DNA of 64,000 bases from Acanthaster planci (GCF_001949145.1 NW_019091359.1:2642861-2706860); one strand, 5' to 3'; positions 14,705 through 27,517 are shown, counted from the stretch's first letter. Numbers and translations: made by a program. Notes: generated from the sequence alone by a model not told the origin.

Positions 14705-15592
14705 TCATGTTTTCCAACAATTGATGAGAGTTTACACAGAATCAGGAATTCAGGACAGTCGGTTGGTGCATGCATACTATGAAAGCTGCTATAAGCTCAG
14801 TTTGGGGAGGAAAATACCGATTTAACTCTACTAAGACAGTAGAGAAAAGCATCTTCTCTCCAACACCGCTCCACATGTTTGTTGCACAGTACCCAGTAGT
14901 AACGTTGGAGAATTTGCAGCAAAAATCCTTAAAACTTAAACTTAAAACTTACTGTCTCTAAGTACTCAAACCAATGCAAAAAAAAATGCACTGATCAAAT
15001 TTCAGTAACTAGGTGACAGTTTGTGCTTGACAAATATTCGATTTGTTCCGAGCAACTGCATTCTAAAATCTACATGTGCAATCATACAGAAAATACTAAC
15101 TACATTTACATTACTGATTTGCTTTATGCATGTTGCATCACAGAGTCAAAATTATCCAAACTTTATGAAATCATGTACATGTTGGAGAAATAAACTGAGA
15201 ATTGAATCTTTGTAGCTCGCTTTTTTTTTCACTTGATGGAGGTCATTTTAAATCTAAAGCAAAAAGTTGAGCTATTTTAATATATTTGTGTTGATTTTGT
15301 GCATATGATTACAAAGGACTCGATTCCTAATGTTAAAAGCATTCAGAGTATAGCCAGTTAATAATTTCAAGAGCATGAATTTGAAAAGCATTTAAACAAA
15401 GCTAAAATTTAACTTTTCTGCACAAACAGGCCTATACACGATGCAAAGAAGTTTTAAATGTGAAAAATATTTGTTTAAAACCACACGAAACAAGCTAGTA
15501 AACTAAAGCAGACACTTTCTTAAACAGGCAAACAAGCTGTCAACAACATTCTCATTTAATTCAGTCTTGGGTGGAGGGGGTCGGCATAATGA

Positions 15593-17962
15593 CTATGCAG
15601 CTCCGCGTAGGATAACCACCACAAGATGATCCTCATTAAGTGCGTCTGCACTCAGACCGGGCACATACCGCAAAAGCTGTTTCTGGGAGAACTCGCAAGG
15701 AGGGAAAGCATGGAGAACACCGTAATCTTTCACTGATCCCGGCGACACCGGTAAGCTGATGATGCCAGCCGCCTGCTTCTGCTGCAGGTAGGAGACCAGG
15801 TTGCGCAGGGCACGCAGCTGGGTGCCAGCGGGGATACCCTCCTGAGAAGACCCCGGAAGGGACAGCAGCAAGCAGTGGCCGGCAGAGCCAGCATCTGTAA
15901 TCCTCTTGCCGACCTCGTCCAGCTTAGGCTGGTCCAGGCGAAGACGCTGGGTGATCCGCAACGGTGATTCCTCGCTGGCTCCACCCACTGGCAGCAGGTT
16001 CTCAGCAACAGACAAATCACCGCCAATGAAGTACATGGCAGTCGCAAAGGCACTATTTTTCAGGACAATGTGGCTCTGCCAACTCTGTGGGAAGTACTTC
16101 ACAAGATCAATGAGGCTGTCGTACTTTTCCGATTTCCTACTCTCCTGCTTTGAACTGTATCCTCTGTCTGACGTCCTCCTATCATTGCGATAGCCATCAC
16201 CATCACGTCTTTCGTTATCATCACTGTAACGTTTTCTGCTGTGGTACTCGGAGGTGTCAGTGTTGCCCATTGCTGCCCTCTCTGGCGAGTCAAAGCTTCC
16301 ATCAAACCTACGATCCACTCCAGTACTGCCACTATCTGGAGACCGACGCTTCTTGAAAGGTCTTCCTCTGTCAGACGGACGGTCTCTGATGAAATCAACA
16401 CCTGGAGATGCCTGACGCTTACGTCGGTTGTCTTGCCCACGAGAATTAAACTGCTTGGCTCCGCCGTCCGAGTTTCTGCGGCTCCAATCAGGATCACCAC
16501 GGTTGTCATCTTGCCAGTTGGCAGCACGGCGGTTAACATCACCACGGTAGCCTGCCCCATCTGATCCTTGCCACTGGTCACTACGCCCACTCTCACGATA
16601 CTGCGGGGTCGGAGAATAATCCCGGCGGTAATCACGGCCCTGGTTGTAACGATTGTTGTAACCACTACCATCATCTCTGAGTTGTCTCCGAGGGGGTGAA
16701 TGCACTGCATAAGGCCTGCTACTCCCAGTATCTGGATCTGCAAAATCAACACGGAGACGACGATTTGGGCCACCCAGAGGAAACCCTCTCATATTTGATG
16801 CTGCAGCCTGTGCTGCTTCCAAGGTTTCATACTGGATGTAGGCATAGTCGTCCCCCTTGAAGTAATCAATCTTGCGAATGGCTCCAAAGCGATCAAATTC
16901 ATGTTCCAAAACTCCCAAGGAGACCCAGGGCCCAAGACCCCCTACCCATAAACGCGTTGTTGGTGACAGCTTGCCATAACCTGTTTTGGCCTGGTTCCTA
17001 CCAATGTACTGACCAGACATTGACACCATGGCCTTATGGGCCATGTCAAGATTCAAAAACCTAACAAATGCAAAAGGATTTCCCTGGCCACGGGGTGGGT
17101 ATTTGATATCTACATCTTCCACAATGCCATACCGCTCAAAAGCATGCCTCAGATCACCGTCCTGAATTCCTTCTTCTAAATTTCCAACAAAAACAGTGCG
17201 CGTTGCTTTGGGATCATCTTCAGGCAGAAGCAACAAATCTCGTTCACGGTCATGACGTTCACGTTCACGTGACTGGTAGGTATCACCATAAGGTCTTCGG
17301 TTGTCATACTGATTATCTCTATCCCTGCCTCCGGGACCATCCCGCCCCATATTTCTGTTTTGCTGGCGCCGCCCACCCATGGGCTCCTGGCTCTGTCTTC
17401 CAGGGTAGCCTTGGTCTGGAGAAATACTCCTTCGTCTGAAAACACTATCAATTCGCAATGGCTTGGCAAAAAGTGTTAAGCGATCTCCTTTGGCCTGTTT
17501 GGCATCACGTGCCTGCTCCGAGTTACGATAATTAACAAAAGCGAACCTCTCGTCCCCACTGTATGCCACCCGCACATTCACCTCCCCAAACTTTTTGAAT
17601 TCATGAAACAGGGCATCCTTGATTGCCATATCTGACACATGGGAAGGGAAATTGCTGACACGCAAGCTTGAGTATCTTGGCTCCTTGTCATGCTTGTCAA
17701 ATTGGCCACTGTAGCGATGGTCGCCGGGGTAAGGTTCTCTGCCACCGTCACGCTCATGATCGCTGCGGCTCGAACGCTTCCCGCCGTCTCTATCTCTCCG
17801 GCGCTCTTCCTTTTCCAGACTGCGCGACCGGCCCGCTTTGTTACCTCCCCTACCTTCATAACGGTCGTTTCCAGGGCTCATTCTGTCTCTTGAGATGGAG
17901 TGCCTCACCTCTGGGCTTCCCCTTGTCCACTTCGGCGTGTCTTTACTTGATTGGTGCCTCAT
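15593..17962 (-). CDS. RBM15: RNA-binding motif protein 15 / Spenito (SPEN family, m6A writer adaptor), 789 aa, single coding exon
   Basis: Three RRMs (SLRVSNF...FAFVNY; ATRTVFVGNL...FAFVRFLNLDMAHKA; PTTRLWVGGLGPW...MRGFPLGGPNRRLRVDFAD), RD/RS-rich linkers and a C-terminal SPOC domain (LKNSAF...LRITQRLRLDQPKLDEV...LRNLVSYLQQKQAAGIISLP...LHAFPPCEFS). Confidence 0.98.
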   Translation of the reverse strand: MRHQSSKDTPKWTRGSPEVRHSISRDRMSPGNDRYEGRGGNKAGRSRSLEKEERRRDRDGGKRSSRSDHERDGGREPYPGDHRYSGQFDKHDKEPRYSSLRVSNFPSHVSDMAIKDALFHEFKKFGEVNVRVAYSGDERFAFVNYRNSEQARDAKQAKGDRLTLFAKPLRIDSVFRRRSISPDQGYPGRQSQEPMGGRRQQNRNMGRDGPGGRDRDNQYDNRRPYGDTYQSRERERHDRERDLLLLPEDDPKATRTVFVGNLEEGIQDGDLRHAFERYGIVEDVDIKYPPRGQGNPFAFVRFLNLDMAHKAMVSMSGQYIGRNQAKTGYGKLSPTTRLWVGGLGPWVSLGVLEHEFDRFGAIRKIDYFKGDDYAYIQYETLEAAQAAASNMRGFPLGGPNRRLRVDFADPDTGSSRPYAVHSPPRRQLRDDGSGYNNRYNQGRDYRRDYSPTPQYRESGRSDQWQGSDGAGYRGDVNRRAANWQDDNRGDPDWSRRNSDGGAKQFNSRGQDNRRKRQASPGVDFIRDRPSDRGRPFKKRRSPDSGSTGVDRRFDGSFDSPERAAMGNTDTSEYHSRKRYSDDNERRDGDGYRNDRRTSDRGYSSKQESRKSEKYDSLIDLVKYFPQSWQSHIVLKNSAFATAMYFIGGDLSVAENLLPVGGASEESPLRITQRLRLDQPKLDEVGKRITDAGSAGHCLLLSLPGSSQEGIPAGTQLRALRNLVSYLQQKQAAGIISLPVSPGSVKDYGVLHAFPPCEFSQKQLLRYVPGLSADALNEDHLVVVILRGAA

Positions 17963-18039
17963 TTGTTCGGATAGTTGAATTAAGTGCGTTTAATTCACCT
18001 ACTGTTGCCAGCAGCTCAGGAAAATCGTGAAACCCCACT

Positions 18040-18075
18040 TGTCGCCATATTGTTACTAAAGTAAAGAGACTGCTG
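18040..18075 (-). promoter_or_regulatory. Probable RBM15 transcription start region
   Basis: The - strand reads TCTCTTTACTTTAGTAACAATATGGCGAC: a pyrimidine tract followed by a YY1-like AANATGGCG motif, about 90 nt upstream of the ATG. Confidence 0.4.
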
Positions 18076-18464
18076 CCTATTCAACAAGTTTAGACTGTAT
18101 ATAGATTTGTGCTGGTAGAGGCCTGGGTACATGTCTAAATCTTAAAAAAGGTGCAACCGCGGCTCTTTTGCGCTGGCTATTCATACAGCTGTGCCGTTAA
18201 CAAAGCGCCGAAAACGCAAGCAGTTACATTGTAAGTTGACACACTGTATTCCCCTGGCTTTCATTTTCAAATTGGACTCCAGATGCAGTTTCAGAGAGAC
18301 TAAAAAGACTTTTTTAAGTACAGTGAGTAACACACAGGCATACCCTTCACTTTCCCAGATAGGCTTTTGGAAAAATCTATAACCGCAAAATAGCTATTTA
18401 CACGATCATCAATCAACAACATTTGTGTCACCGTGACATCATCTATAATAGGATTACATCTAGA

Positions 18465-18830
18465 TTTTAATTATTATTATTGTTATTATTTATTCATGCC
18501 AAAAATTCAATATACATCACAAGCAAGATGGGCATAGGGGAGACAAAAGTAATACGGAATCACTGTGGTCACAGACCTGTCTCCCCACATCAAGATGTGG
18601 GAAATTAACAAATTAATAAAATAAGTATACTGTATATACATGTACATGTAAAAACACTGAACATGAAGACATTAAGAATAAATTTTAAAAAACACACATT
18701 CAAAAATACTTTATGGCACTGAGTGTAATTCATAGGTAAGTCAGATAATATCAATAATAGCACAGTGTTTAAGCTTAACCAAAGAAGAAATAAATGATTA
18801 TGCCAACACGGAGGAAAATGGTGAAGCAAT
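18465..18830 (-). mobile_element. Degenerate 3' end of a non-LTR retrotransposon (CR1/L2-group-like)
   Basis: On the - strand: a GGGGAGACA/TGTCTCCCC stem (18537-18545 and 18578-18586), then AATAAA and an (ATA)n tail. The upstream translation 'LSDLPMNY..C...FL' faintly resembles the WNxLP C-terminal motif of LINE ORF2. Confidence 0.45.
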
Positions 18831-20514
18831 GCTTGTGTACCTTTCCCTTAGACAAATAAAACTCAGTCGAGACGAGTAACAAGTAGATATGAATGCCCCA
18901 CAAAACCTTTTCTTTTTAAATTCAAAGTTAAAACCTAAAAATTCAAGTTAGTGTAATACCAAACATATCCACCTATTACTACATAAAAAACTTCCGTTTT
19001 GAGAATAAGCTTGAAGACTGACGTACCATTTCGTCCGTTGGCTAGGAATATTGTAAAAAAAAAAATAGATCAGATCATGAGCATGGATGAGTTCTGTGCT
19101 TTGTGAAAATGGGGTTAGCATATTACACAGAATCGCTTTGTTGTAGTTGGGTACGGTTAGGACGTAACATACCAGTGAGGTAGCGGCGCAATGCATATAT
19201 TTTAATTCATGGGGAGCTCGGAAATCACCTTACCCCAGTCCTTCCCGTTCTCAAGCTTAACCACACACCCCTCCGAGGTGTCTGGCTCTCCCTTTGGCAG
19301 AAAAAGTCTAGCAGGTAGGGTCTATGGCAAGTACTAAAGCTGCTCATCGCAAGTCAGTCCGATTTTTTTCAACTTTGATAATCGTTGACGTGACTAAGGG
19401 GGAAAGTTTTAGGGGAACGGTGTCTATACGCCATAGAAGAATAACAGAATCCCCTCCTAGCTTACGCCAAATACGCCATGGTATAGTGGACGCACGCAGG
19501 CTACTCCACCGTGACTAGATATCCATCGGAATGATGTTCCGATTGTAATGATGAGGTTTGCGATCAGACTTCTATTGACTCGTGTACTACTACTAGTAAG
19601 TTCCCTTATGAGCGGAATGTTGGTGCAAGTTGGTTATAAATAGACGGTGGCTCGAGATGCGGCTAGACCGAAACAAGGAACATGTACATGTACGTCCTTT
19701 ATTCACCGGGCAGCTCTGCGAATAGCTTTTAGCACTGCGCTCTTTTATTTATAGAAGTTGTATTCTTCCGCAGTAACTTAGAAAACAATTTCACAAATTT
19801 TCCACAAAACAAATGATTTCCCGATTTTTAGGTGAATGCTATTTATAAATGTGTGTAGATTGGTGGAAATCAAAAGGAGTCTAAATGCAATAATCATGAA
19901 TAAAAATAAACATGAGAACTACTTTTGTCTAGAGATGCATAATGACTGCTTCGTACTCCAGCTCCTAGTCTGGTGCGACTTTGCCCGTTATGGTTGGATC
20001 ACGTGTTCGAAATCTTTCAAGTGTACAAGGATGGGAGACTGGAACCAGACAATGTACATCCGTGTCACGCGTATCGTGTCATCCGCGTGAATCACTGAAC
20101 TGATATGTGTGCAATGATGATGACGATCATGACATCGTTTGGTTGTATGTACATGTAAACCTCCGTAATTTTCCAGTCTTGGTAAGCGGCCGGTAGATTT
20201 GCTAACGTTAGATTTGCTGCTGTATCCTCAGTAAATCCTCCATTTAGCGCTCCCTCCCTTTTTGGTTGGAACTTTATCGTCAGATGGTGAAACTCCAAGA
20301 GTTTTTCTAAATTCTAGCTTTCGTCTGCACGTCTGGTTGCTTTATTGTTTTGTTTTGTGCAACGTTATTTCACAAAACTGTGTAACTTAGCTTTTAGCTG
20401 AGCTGAGGTTCGCGCGAGGCATTTCGTGGAAAAGTGGTGAAATCAACTGCTATAAATAGACATTTGTTCGTCTGCTGTGCCTGCAACGGATCTCAGACAA
20501 ATCTCAAAGAGAAA

Positions 20515-20537
20515 ATGGATGCCTTTTCCTGGTTGAG
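20515..20537 (+). CDS. MAPKAPK2: MK2 candidate first coding exon 1a (MDAFSWLR)
   Basis: aaaATGG Kozak context, 23 nt, ending AG|gttagt. This phase-2 end joins in frame to the acceptor at 27878. TATAAATA lies at 20451. Confidence 0.65.
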
Positions 20538-20954
20538 GTTAGTTTCTAGTTGGCAAGATTGTAGCCCTAGTTTTCCCTCATCAGCATGCCATTATCAGAT
20601 AATTAACATGATTAATATTTCATTATTTGAATGCATGTAAATAGGCCTATTGAGTGTTCCATTTATTTTGTTTATGTTCATAACAATTGCCATTTGTAAC
20701 TAAAAGCATGAAAAGTTGACTGCAAAAATGTAGGAAACTACATTTATCTGAATACCACTTTTTGCTGTGTGTGTGACTGGAGATTGTTTAAGGTCCCCCG
20801 AGTTACTTTTAGTTTTCACATTACTAATAATTAAAGGTTGGCCCTGAAAGAGAGTAGTTAGTCGATGTCTCTTGATTGTCCTGACCCTATTTGGGTTACA
20901 TTTGGAAGAGTAAATCAGAATAAAAAAAATGCAACTTTCTTACCTATGTCAATG

Positions 20955-21763
20955 TAAGTGGATGCGCGGTCAACTTGACACACGCACATGGCAGACTTTG
21001 TGGGTCATGCTACATCATGTAGCGTCAATGAGAGTCAACAGAGCATCAACAAGTTATTCAAGCACATTTATGCAATTTTTTTTTTGAATTTTCAGTATTA
21101 GACTTTTACATACATGTATCTTGTTCAATATATCATATTTATCTGAAATACTTGAGTGTTGAAATTAGAGTGACAAAGTCGGGCATGGTCGTGTAGTCTG
21201 ACTGGCCGCCATCTTCTCTTCGCGTGGACGGCAGAGTAAAATTTACATTTTTCTGTGTGAACCTGGAAGCGAATTCAGTTTAAACTTTTCTTACACAGTG
21301 GCATGTATTAGAGTCTCTGAAATATGATAAAAACAATTTAAAATCTTTAGAGGGTATTTTCAAGTTGTTAACGCTTTTTTTGACGCTACTTGTGTGTGGT
21401 GATGCTTGTTCATACTTATTGACGCTAAAGAGCATGACCAGACTGTGTGACCTTTGGCTGTTTGCTTCAATACTCTTACTCCCTAATCTGCATTTTCAAC
21501 CAATCAGAGATCCACTTTCTAAGGAACCTTGCCAGTAACCAATAAGAGACACTCTACCAAGCAGGTTTTACATCACTATGTGGACGCGTGTGTGCCCCAT
21601 CTGGCTGTAATCTTAAATCTTCTTACTTCCTAATCACCTCATCTCAACCAATCAGAGATCAGCTTTCTCATTAAACTTTTCAGTTACCAATCAGAGACAC
21701 TCTACCAAGCACGTTTTAACATCATTGCCATGTTTATTTTCAGTGGATGCGTCCACGGTCTAG
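20955..21763. mobile_element. Possible Helitron/Helentron-like non-autonomous element with internal ~147-bp tandem duplication
   Basis: Starts near GTGGATGCG and ends with the hairpin GTGGATGCGTCCAC followed by GGTCTAG. Internal direct repeats at 21474-21576 and 21621-21726 each carry two CCAAT boxes. Confidence 0.35.
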
Positions 21764-22014
21764 GTCGATGAGGTTGTGTTTACCCCATAATTTCCCTCAA
21801 AAATCAAAACCCTTCCCTCTTTCTACAAAATTGATGCTGCAGTTTGACGAAATAATGTCATTGTCATCTACATGTAGTTAGGTGATTCTGAAAGCTTAAA
21901 TTTGATTCTTCCTTCTGCAAGTACTTGTATATGAAACGGGTCTCGAAATATACAAACACCGGGTGTGTTGGTAGTGGCAGCCCAATCGTGCCCACATGTC
22001 ACACAGCGACAGTA

Positions 22015-23192
22015 CAGTCGACATTCAGTAATACGAGCTCGGTTTAGACGAGCATATTTGGCAGTCCCGACTGAATTGTGCACATTACTATGAGGGAAAA
22101 AAATGTGTAATACGAGCTCGGATGTTGAGATTTCGGTTAAGACGAGCACTTTTTGTGCACTGGCCGAGTGCAAATCTATCTGTCTCTTTAACACAAGCTT
22201 TTTGAAAGCAACTTGTCAATCAGCCAGTCTATTCAATTTTGAAAAGCGCTTCCGTAATTTATACATGTGCAGTATAACAGCACTGTGGTTTTCCCTCACG
22301 AGAGACGAACAATGGGCGTTCGCGGTTCTCGTACCTAATGTAGAAATTCGGTGTGTCGGCTCAACGCCTGAACACAAGCAAGTGCCGCCAAAAGTGCGAC
22401 AGTATGTAGGACAGTGGTGAACAAAAGAAATCTTTTGTTTGATTCCCCCGCCCCCCAAAAATTCCCAAAGTCGTAACAGGAAACTAAACACCGTAACCAA
22501 ACACCCGGCCCGAAAACTGCCCACCCTCCGTCTAAAAATCTTTACCCGCTTTTTTGACATTTCTATGAATTCTCAATTTAAGAAAATCATGACTAAACCG
22601 TGATTTTCAGTCCAAAAATGTTTAAGAAAATAACAACCACAAGTTTTGAAGAAAAAAATGTATCCCTCGCTAATAATTTGTCACCAAACCCACACGCCTT
22701 TCCAAAGTAAAATCCGATATTCGCCCTCTGCTTTCCACACCACCAATAGCTGGTTTCCTCACATTTTTATGTGCAACAAGCACAGCTCTGGTGTTGGTTA
22801 CCAACTAAAATTTTAATGTAGTTAAGTGCGTGTATGTGGATCTCATCACGGCGCGCGGGGCCGGGGACATGTTGCTCTGAATCGACATGACTGGTGGAAA
22901 TTCCACTTTCTCCATTCTTACATTTTGTAACTATCTTTATTACAAGTCTTTATTCATTAAACTATATCACACTTTCATAAACAAGCTTTTTTCAAATCAA
23001 ATTCATGTAAAAAAACGATACTATGTGCCTTTAAACAAAAAGTTATGCACACTTTTACATGTAGTTGTATGCATGTATGCTTTATGTACGGTCGATTGGT
23101 GATACATACTGTACGTCAAGCAGGACGGCAGCTAATTTAATACGAGCTAATTTAGTAAGTCCCAAGGTCCTCGTATTAACGAGAGTCGACTG
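22015..23192. mobile_element. Tc1/mariner-pogo (Tigger-like) non-autonomous DNA transposon
   Basis: TA|CAGTCGACATTCAGTAATACGAG ... CTCGTATTAACGAGAGTCGACTG|TA: a 23-bp TIR with 4 mismatches and a TA target duplication. TAATACGAGC is repeated sub-terminally. Confidence 0.8.
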
Positions 23193-26100
23193 TACTATGA
23201 AGACAAATGCCAAGAGCCATTCACAATCCTACATATGGGGCTAGGCATGTTGGTTGCAATCTGCACAGTTGTTTGATTGCGTTCATTGTGCAACCAGTCA
23301 ATCCTGTAGGAAATATTGAGCTGAACATGCACGTTTCAAAACAGTTCTCCACAGCCATGAATTACAAAGAACAGCTAAAAGGTGATCAGCTGAATGTGAA
23401 AAGATTGGAACTTTGAGAGACTGTACATGTACGGTACTGAAAGAACAAGGCCTACTCCTAGATTAACTACCGGTTCCAGTCTATATGTTTGGAGTGGAAA
23501 GAGTTCCATACACAGACATCACTTGACACCCTGCGCACATTCCCTGTGCCAACTAAATATTGCCTAAAGTAAACATTCCAATATTTGCCCTGCTAAGTTT
23601 GACATTTTAGATCATGTTACCACCTTGTAATGGCTGATTTACCACTGCAGAGAAAAATTAGCGATGTCCGTATTTGGAAGTCTTAGTGTCGGAGTCCCCC
23701 ACTTTGTTTCTCAGTCTCAGAAAAGTAAAACAAGGAGCCTGATAGTTCCAGAGATGCTGCAAGATCAACTGATGGTGCAATGTTTGATCAATAGCGCCGA
23801 CTGATCATGCCCAACGCCAGTGCCGGTAGCACTCAGCCTCATCAAGTACCTTGCAAAAATAACCAGAATTCAAGTCTTATCATTGTTACAACTAAAGATA
23901 ACGAAAGAGTTCCTTTACCCAGCCACCAAGAAAAGAAAATTTAAGAACTTCAGCACCAAGTTTTAAAATATGACCTTCATTTACACAATGTATGTACCTG
24001 TACAGGTTAGAACAATTTTTTCTTGAGACAATTTCCTAAGATGAATGGATCCGTCTTTGATGAGAATAAAAGATGAGGTGGATTTTGTTATGTGGGCTTG
24101 GATACTGAACTCTTGCCAAAGAAACAAAAGACAAAAATATTTCTATATTTATGTATTACATCTGTGTATTTTTATGTGTATACATGTATGTGCATTAACC
24201 CCAACCCCTAAGCCTTTTTACTAAGAACCATCCTGAATCCTCCAAAATCCAACATGATATAATTGCATTCAGCCCAAATCCTCCAAAATTTCTTGAAAAT
24301 GTCATTTGGAGGTGTGCCTAACTGCCCTAATCCTTCAAAATCCTCTGGCAATTCCTGTCATTATGTTTAGGCAGTGCGAATGGCACTCTTGAGCTGTGCA
24401 GTTGACTCAAAAGAAATATTGGGCTAAATTTGTGCTTGACTTAGCACCAACAACTTAAGGTCTAATCCACGACCTTCACGTATTGCATCCTTAGTACATA
24501 GTGCAAGTAGAAATACACAGTAAATGTTTGAAACCATGACTGTCGGCGATTGATCAGGATGAACTCGAAAGCCCACAGTTGGAAACTTCTGCATTCTTTG
24601 CTGACCTCTGCAAAAATGACTTCTCCCCTCACATTTTATGCCATGATGATTCAATTCCTACTCGGTGCTTAATTACCTAATCCTTTCTCATGTTAAACAG
24701 ACTTGATTTGGGTTAATGTGTTCAGCCCCGTTTGAATTATTGGCATGTACTTTTTATGTTCTTAACCGTGCCAATAGAAACAAATTGAAAGTTACAAAAA
24801 TAAAAAAATGTGTAACATCCAAAAAGCTGGCAGGTGGGATGCAACACATGTCTTTTATTCTTACTTGTTTCTTGTAGTTGATCCACATGTGGGGATCGTT
24901 TTAAAAAATCTATCTTCTTGTCGATGTCATGCCAAACACTCCAAGGACTAGGTCAAGTCTATGTATTGCAGGCGTATGTTGTTCGTACATGTCATGTTCA
25001 TGTACGTACATGTATGCGTACATGGACACTGTACACGCACCCACGTACACGTATACCACAGGCAGGCCATGTGCTCATGCTTATGCTTGAGTCTGAACAT
25101 GGCATCAGAAGATATCAACAATTTTTCCAATCGTTTAGGTAGAAGAACCTAACAAGCTTTATGCTGATTATTGATAATAACAAAGATTATGTGTCGGTCA
25201 ACCGTTACCTTCGAGAAGAAGTCTGTTATTTTTTGTTACATTCTGGATGATATAGTGAGCAAGTAGTGCATGCCCAAAATGATGACATGTCAACCTCGTC
25301 CTCACGGACTACCTCGTGCGAGACTGGGCACAATATGGTGGTTAACGAACGCCATGGGAATGAGGTTGATTACATGTATTGTATAACAGATCACTGGTGA
25401 AAAAGTATGGCTTCCTGGGTTCATTTTGTTACAAGTTGATAGATACGGTGCTGTAGTTCATTATGGGAACCTGCCTGCCGCCGTTGATACGTTCAAACGT
25501 GAGAGCCATAACCCAGCATACATGTGCTTTACTGCAGCATATTTTCTATTTTTGACTTGGTTGATGGGGGAAAAAGACAGATTTTTAACTCGGATTTCAT
25601 TTTCACATTTTTTGGGATCTAGATTACACAAGCGTCGAATTACATGTAGGTAGTGCACAGTTTGATTTACACCACCTGGCCATGTGTGAAAAAATGGGCC
25701 ATGATTTCACGAAACTGGCTCTGCAAAGCACGGTTGCACGGCTTGTTAGCTAAAATGCTGATAAGCATCTCATCCAAGATTAGTGTCACAGTTATTTATA
25801 TGTAAACTTCACATTTTTGGAGGCAATTGTACGTGTAGTGAATATACTTCATTGATGAAACAATGAAGGAAGATTGCTTGGATTATCAAATACACTGTAC
25901 AGGGTTTAAGATCGGTGGCAATTTTGTTCTGAGATTGTTTTGGCCATGTTCAGCTTTGTTATTGAAGCTGATTACATGTTGAATCCTCATAACTGTAACT
26001 AATGGAAACTGGACTTGGTAACAAGTAGATCTTTTGATCTTAAAAGTGTAGCTGCCCTTAACTTTCCTAGCAATATTCACAGGCCTGTTGCACCCACCGT

Positions 26101-26441
26101 TTAGAGAGAAACTCCAGTCACTCAATACAGTGTACCATACTGTACATGTACTTTGCCAGTTTCCGTTGCTGGCAACTTTCCAGGGGCCTAGACAACTATA
26201 CAACACAAAGATCCACCTCAAGGAGATGTGCGTGTTGATTTGAGTAGCAGTGTCGCTCAGTGACTAACAATTAGTTGAACAGGGCCCCTGGTAGGGGAAC
26301 CAAGGCAGTCTATTGGTAAATAATAGATCCTTATGAACCAGGGGCGCGTGGGGATGGAGTAAGCATAGCCAGCCCCCTTGTGTCATAGTTTCCTGTATGG
26401 TCCCTTTACTATTACTCAGAGGAGGAAATATCGATGTGGCA

Positions 26442-26561
26442 AAAACCCGAGGACTTTGTAGACTTAAAGGGGCTACAGATCAAAACCTGAGGACTTTGTA
26501 GACTTGAAGGGGCTACAGATGAAAACCTGAGGACTTTGTAGACTTGAAGGGGCTACAGATC
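26442..26561. repeat. Tandem repeat, 3 x 40 bp
   Basis: Unit aaaacctgaggactttgtagacttgaaggggctacagatc, with near-identical copies and no spacers. Confidence 0.95.
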
Positions 26562-27327
26562 ATGAAAGATTACACTAGAAGATTCTATCATAGTCGATAA
26601 GAGTACTGGTACACCATTCATCACAACATCGCGCGTCATCAATCATCTTTTTCTCTATATTCGTTATCTAACATGGGGATTATGTTTATCTCTGGTACAC
26701 CATTTTAATACCATTAAGATTTGACAATTTGTTTAAATCTAGCACAAGTCACGGAAGAACGGGCACAGTGGAACTGTTACAACAGAGACTGATCATTAGG
26801 TGGTTTTCCAGTCTGCTGTCAATTTTCCAATCTTCTCACAATGAGCACTGTGCATGTACCGGTATGTACATTGTATGGTACATGAGTAACGTTGGGCAAA
26901 GTTTGCTGGTACTATATATACTGGGACATGCACTTAAGTTTAATTTGCACTGCCATCGTTTAGTCAGTTTCTCTGTTGATAGTGTTGCATATTTGAAGTG
27001 GATGGTGCTACATTTGTGAAGTTGATGACAGAAAGTTTAATTTAGTTAATCACTAGTCAATCAGAAGTCCAATAAAAAAATCTAGCTACGGGGCAGGTCG
27101 TGTCACATTTCATTTGAATAACTCGTGAATTAAGACAAGATAGCTTGCGACTTGGTCTCAACTCTGCCTGCAATATGAACATGTACATGTACGTAAATGA
27201 AATCTCACCCAGGTGGGGTCCCTTTAAACTTGAAGGACCAGAGTTGATCCGTCACTCAAAAGTTCTTCGTTGGGAGCCACAGCTAACACCCATGTCACTA
27301 ATTGGAGGGTCGAAAGATGACCAAGGC

Positions 27328-27396
27328 GTGACTCAGCAAGCTTGCTTCAGCCCTCGCTGCTTGCTATCGCTGTCCCGGTTGCTTTGCTGTATAAAA
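27328..27396 (+). promoter_or_regulatory. Internal MK2 promoter: ARE/AP-1 element plus TATA box
   Basis: GTGACTCAGCA at 27328-27338 (matches the CNC-sMaf/Nrf2 ARE consensus and contains the AP-1 site TGACTCA) and TATAAAA at 27390-27396, about 125 nt before the ATG of exon 1b. Confidence 0.55.
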
Positions 27397-27517
27397 CAAA
27401 ACCGGTTGTCTAACCTCTGGCAAACACATGCACCACCCCCAGCCTTACGCAGCCCACAGTCGTTCTAATTTTAGTGAGGAATTCCTTGTGTAAACAGCAC
27501 TGGGCCGGTCGACTGTA

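Noticed and set aside
14160..14825. Long ORFs across N runs (also 29334-29771)
   Set aside because: Artefacts of assembly gaps.
15730..18030. ORFs overlapping RBM15 in other frames or on the other strand (e.g. 224 aa at 16099-16773)
   Set aside because: Shadows of a GC-rich coding sequence with no recognisable motifs.
19520..19620. ATGATGA C-box-like motif and small palindrome as a snoRNA
   Set aside because: No properly placed CTGA D box or terminal stem.
26442..26561. 40-bp repeats (and the 31-bp repeats at 38633) as a CRISPR array
   Set aside because: They are head-to-tail with no unique spacers, sit in a eukaryotic intron, and have no cas genes nearby.
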